This document shows, one piece after another, positions 53,814-64,000 of a stretch of DNA of 64,000 bases. Under the pieces are notes generated by a model. The model had not been told where the DNA came from and did no database searches. It saw nothing but the letters and a program-made list of their open reading frames with translations. The first letter of the stretch is position 1, and every line of letters starts with the position of its first letter. The stretch covers positions 434,001 through 498,000 of the forward strand of contig MCFH01000020.1 in the NCBI GenBank assembly GCA_002104945.1, given 5' to 3'. Position numbers and translations under genes: made by a program. Source of the stretch: Piromyces finnis finn. Its lineage: Eukaryota > Fungi > Neocallimastigomycota.

Positions 53814-54482
53814 TTAATAGTAACAATAATTGTAATAGGAATAATAATATTAGTAGTAGAAGTGATAATATTAGTAATAATAGCAATAGTAAAGATAATA
53901 ATTCTAATTTTGCTAGTAATTTAGTTAATAATAGTAATAATTCTAATAATTGGGTGTGTATGTTTATTCTAGTGTGTACAATAAAATATTTAAATTCCTT
54001 CTTGGGGCAAGAAATTTTAACAATATCTCAATTACAATTCAAGGGAATGGAAAGAACTTTGCAAGCGTCAGATTCAATCGGGCACTTACGAAGGAACACC
54101 ATTCTTGACAGTAACAGCGTAACTTTTAACCAAAATCATGACTTTTGTTATTGGCCAGCAATGGTCCATATTCAAAAGATTTGAAGCAATAGCCAAGAGC
54201 GTCAATGCTGAAGAAACACTAAGACAGGTCAGGAGGGCCAGCTCAACCAATGGAGATCATAATTTTGTTCCATGATAAAATTTTGATCTTTGGTCCATCA
54301 TTGGAAGTCAAATACAATTATTATAATGGCTTTCTTACTTTAATTACTAGAATACATTATACCCAATTTTTATTCATTTGTGTTAAAAATATTTTTTTTA
54401 TTTTTATTTTTAATTTTTGTTTTTTATAACATGTACTATAATAAAGTTTAAAAATATTTGATGTTGTTAAAAAAAAAAAAAA
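53814..54482 (+). mobile_element. Diverged 5'-truncated copy (~670 nt) of the young LINE family
   Basis: Colinear with ~50760-51445 but with many substitutions and indels; ends GTTGTT + A-tail 54469-54482; TSD ambiguous (T-run). Confidence 0.88.
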
Positions 54483-54765
54483 TTTTTTTTTTTCTTTCTT
54501 TACTAATTCAATTTATTAAAATTTAATTTTTAAACATTGTTTCCAACGAAATAGTAAAAAAAAAAAACACTCTTTGTCTTTTAATGATTATTCCAATATA
54601 CGCGTTTTTTTTTTTTTATTTTATTTTTTATTCAAAATATATAGATATAGATATTAAAATTCCATTTTATTGTTATGATATTTTTTTTTTAAATTTTTTT
54701 TTCTATTATTTTTTTATTTTTCATTTTTATTATGAATCAATTAATTCTATAGATACTTTTATTTT

Positions 54766-60179
<5,414 letters not shown>

Positions 60180-61946
60180 ATTTATTAATTTTATTTTATT
60201 CTTATTTTACTTTTATTTGAAAAATTGATTAAAGATTATTTTTTATATTTTTTTATTTTTATTTTTATTTTATTATTTTTATTTGTTTTTTTTTTTGAAT
60301 TTTAATAAAAATGTTACCGATAAAATTAATCGTAAAGATGTGAATCTTGAAATTATTATTATTATTTTTTTATTTGTTATAATTGTATTTTAATTATAAA
60401 AGTATATATTAAATTAATTAAAGAAATTGCTGTTTCTTTGAAAAAGTTTCGATAAAAACTTTAAATATATATTCTTATTTATATATATAATATTAATAAA
60501 ATATGAATTTATATTTTTTATTAAATCTGTATAAATAATTTTATATATATATATATTTTTTAAAAGAGTTATTTTATAGGTAATATTTTGGAATTAAAAT
60601 AACAATGTCACACTCTATATTATTTCTTTAAAATACTTTAATAATAAAATAGAGATGATTTAAAGTTTGTATATTATAATTATTAATATAATTTTAAAAT
60701 ATTAAAATGTAGATAATTAGAATTTATATTAATTATACATTTTATAGAATTTTAATTAATATGAATTATAATTAAAAATTCAATTATTATATTTTATTTA
60801 ATTTTCAATATATTATAATAAATATAGTTTTTAAATTTTGTTTAAATATTAATATTATATTATTTTGAGTAAATAATATAAATCTATAAAAAAGAAAAAA
60901 AAAGTTAAAAAAGACAATTATTGATATTTTAAGTTTATAGTTATGTAGTGGCATAGATATTATAACAATACTTTAAATCAATGAAAGTCATTAAAAAATA
61001 TTGTATTATATATTTTTTACATTCGGTGGCATTGTAACTTGATTTAAACTTTATACAAATTATTATAATTGTTAAAATTATATTTGCATATTTATATTTT
61101 ATTATAAAATATTTTTTGTTGTGTTTAATCTTCTATCAGTAAATATATTATTAATAATTTTTTATACTAATATCAAAGAACAAGTGTCAATCTTCAAAAG
61201 ACTAATAATATTATCATTGTAATTTATTTATATATATATTTAATTAATGATAGAAATGTTATGAACCTCTATATTTTTTGATTATAGTTTATAAACCTAA
61301 TCCCATTAAGAGTAATTTCTTTTAAAATTAATAAAAAGAAAAAAAATTATTTAAGATTATAAAAATAAGAATTACGGATAATAGTTTAAAAGTAAAGAAA
61401 GTAAAGAAATAAAAATGGCAAACATAATAAAAAATTATTAATATTATCTTTAATATTAATATTAATAAAACTAAAAAAAAATCAATAAGTTATTTATTTA
61501 TATAAAAAAAAACTAAATCTATAGGCATTTTTTAATATTATATTGTATGAGATATTAATATTGAGAAGTCTATACTTTTGTATATAAATACATTTATAAT
61601 AAAGATGAATTTTATTTCAATTTTTAGTATTATTTATTTATCCTTTTTTTAAAGTTAATTCTTAGCACTTAATAGAAATATATTTTATTTATTTTATATA
61701 TTTATTTAATAGGTTTTTAAAATTTATTTATTTTATTTCATAGTTAATATTTTTTAAAATTAATTTTATTTTATTTATATATTAAAAACTTAATTTTTTT
61801 AATAACAAAATAATAGTAATAGTTATTTATTTAAAATTTATTACTAGTTATTTTTTTTTTTTTTATAAAAAAATGATATTATTAATAAGAACTTGAATTC
61901 TATATTATTATATATTTATTTAATATCATATAAATATAAAATAATA

Positions 61947-63861
61947 ATGCCGATAAAAATACAATATATTGATGATACTTATTACATTAATAATAAATTA
62001 GTTGATACGGAATGTGCGATACAGAATATTATAAAATATTTAAAAAATGCTGCGAAAATTCAGCAAGTGTCAAATGCTCAATATGCATTAGCAAAATTAT
62101 ATTACAATAATACCCTAGTTCCAAATATAATTGAAAATATAAAACAAATACCTGAATTGAAATGTAAATGTTTTGACTTTTATTTAAATAAAATGAAGAA
62201 TATTAATTATAATAATATAAATTTTAAAAATTCTCAATATGAATATTTTGAAGAAGATGCCAATGAAGATGTTTATAAAAATTGTTGTTTATGTATAAAC
62301 GATAGTTTTATATTAAGTAATAATAGCAATTTCACAGATATTGAATCTAATACTGAATTAAATCCAAATATTACAAATGGAAATAATAATGATAGTATTA
62401 CTAACGACAATAGTAACAATAACAATATCAATAATAATATTATAAATTCATCAGATAGTTTTGGGAATTATACAATAAATAGTCATGATTACTGGAAACA
62501 ATGCGAAAATATATGCAATTTTTGTTCTATCATTAAAGCATTTAATGAAATATCAGCATATAAACTTTGCTTAAAATCAGCACATAAAAATAATCCTTCA
62601 TCTCAATGTATGCTCGGACATTTCTTTAAAAAGGGAATAAAATTAGTTTTAATAAATAAAAATACAAATGAATTAACAATAGATTATATTTTACAAAAAA
62701 GCTTGGTATGAATATCTTTTTAAATATATTTGATTTTTTTTTAACTAATAAAAAAGTGTTTAATTTATTGTAATAACAAAATGTTTAATTATTTAATTAA
62801 ATACTTAATAATATATAAAAAAGAATGAATCTGTTACATGGTATAGACGTTCAGCAGAGAATGGATTTCCAGAAGGTCAATATTATTATGGTTCGTGCTT
62901 TGAAGAAGGTATAATAGTTCCAATGGACTATAAGAAAGCATTATATTGGTTCCAATTATCCGGAAATAATGGATTTGGATTGGCATCATATCATCTAGGG
63001 AAATGTTACAAGGTAGGCTATGGAGTTCCAATTAACATAGAAAAATCAATATATTGGATAAAAAAATCAGCTAAACAAGAATTTGATAAAGGTCAATATC
63101 TTCTCGGATGGTATTATGAAACAGAAAATAATATTGAGAAAGCAATATATTGGTAAAAAAAAATAAACAACTTTTAATATCGCTATGTCAATAAAATATT
63201 AATTGTTATATATTTAATTTTTATATTTTTACATTATTGAATATATGTAGGTATGAAAAATCAGCAAAATTAAATAATTTAGATGCTATGAATAATTTAG
63301 GGAAGTGCTATATTGATGGTAATGAAAATACTAGTCAGTATGAAAAAGGAATTAAATGGTTATTGAAAGCTGCAGAAAAGGGTCATGGAAATGCTCAGAA
63401 TAACTTAGGTTGGTGGATAAAAGATCCAAATAAATCATTTTATTGGTTTTTAAAAGCAGCATGCCAAGGATTTTCTTGTTCTCAAAATAATGTAGCGTGG
63501 TGTTATCAGGAAGGCTGTGGTGTTGAAAAAAATGAGGTACTAGCAGTAAAATGGTATAGAAAAGCAATTAGTAAACATAATTTATTTTCAAAAACGCATA
63601 TTGGATGGTGCTATCAAAATGGTATTGGTGTAAAAAGGAATGAAAAAATAGCATTTAGATGGTATAAAAAAGCAGCACATGAAAATCATGTTCCAGCTAA
63701 AGAAATTCTAGGATGGTGCTATTGGTATGGTATTGGTACAACTATCAATCGCAAAAAAGCAATAAAATTGTATACAACTATAGAAGTTACTCATGATTAC
63801 CAACTACCAAGTCTGGATATTATTCAACAAGTTGAATCATCATATTTAAATAAAAAGGTAA

Positions 63862-63866
<5 letters not shown>
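61947..63866 (+). CDS. Sel1-like repeat protein, 3 exons
   Basis: Repeated WYxKAAxxG...AQxxLGxCYxxGxGV units, e.g. WYRRSAENGFPEGQYYYG, WLLKAAEKGHGNAQNNLG, WYKKAAHENHVPAKEILGWCYWYGIG. GT donors at ~62706 and ~63153; ATG at 61947. Confidence 0.9.

Positions 63867-64000
<134 letters not shown>

Overview
Very AT-rich, intron-rich eukaryotic DNA, most consistent with an anaerobic gut fungus (Neocallimastigomycota). That taxon call is inferred from base composition, intron style and a fungal-type URA2, not from a database search. Host genes, left to right: 3' end of an unidentified ORF, Mediator subunit MED16 (-), tubulin-folding cofactor B (+), an F-BAR/DEP/RhoGAP gene (-), TIM50 (-), a PP2C-family phosphatase with a large internal insertion (-), trifunctional URA2/CAD (-), a 4-exon gene that I reconstruct as a meiotic REC114 orthologue (-), an AZUL+HECT UBE3A-like ligase (-) and a Sel1-repeat gene (+). 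About 33.5-45.8 kb is a gene-poor region with transposon fossils. 45.8-54.5 kb is a nest of non-LTR retrotransposons, including one full-length copy with an intact APE-RT-Zn-finger ORF, a 15-bp TSD and a poly(A) tail. Most notable observations: (1) a spliceable REC114-like gene in a lineage with no described sexual cycle; (2) the LINE 5' end is built from three-hairpin modules whose third copy keeps the fold but not the stem sequences; (3) a canonical spliceosomal intron in that LINE's 5' UTR; (4) a shared TRTTCT motif at the same end of three TSDs, one of them around a poly(A)-only insertion; (5) a 34-bp piece of the PP2C exon copied into a LINE remnant about 34 kb away.
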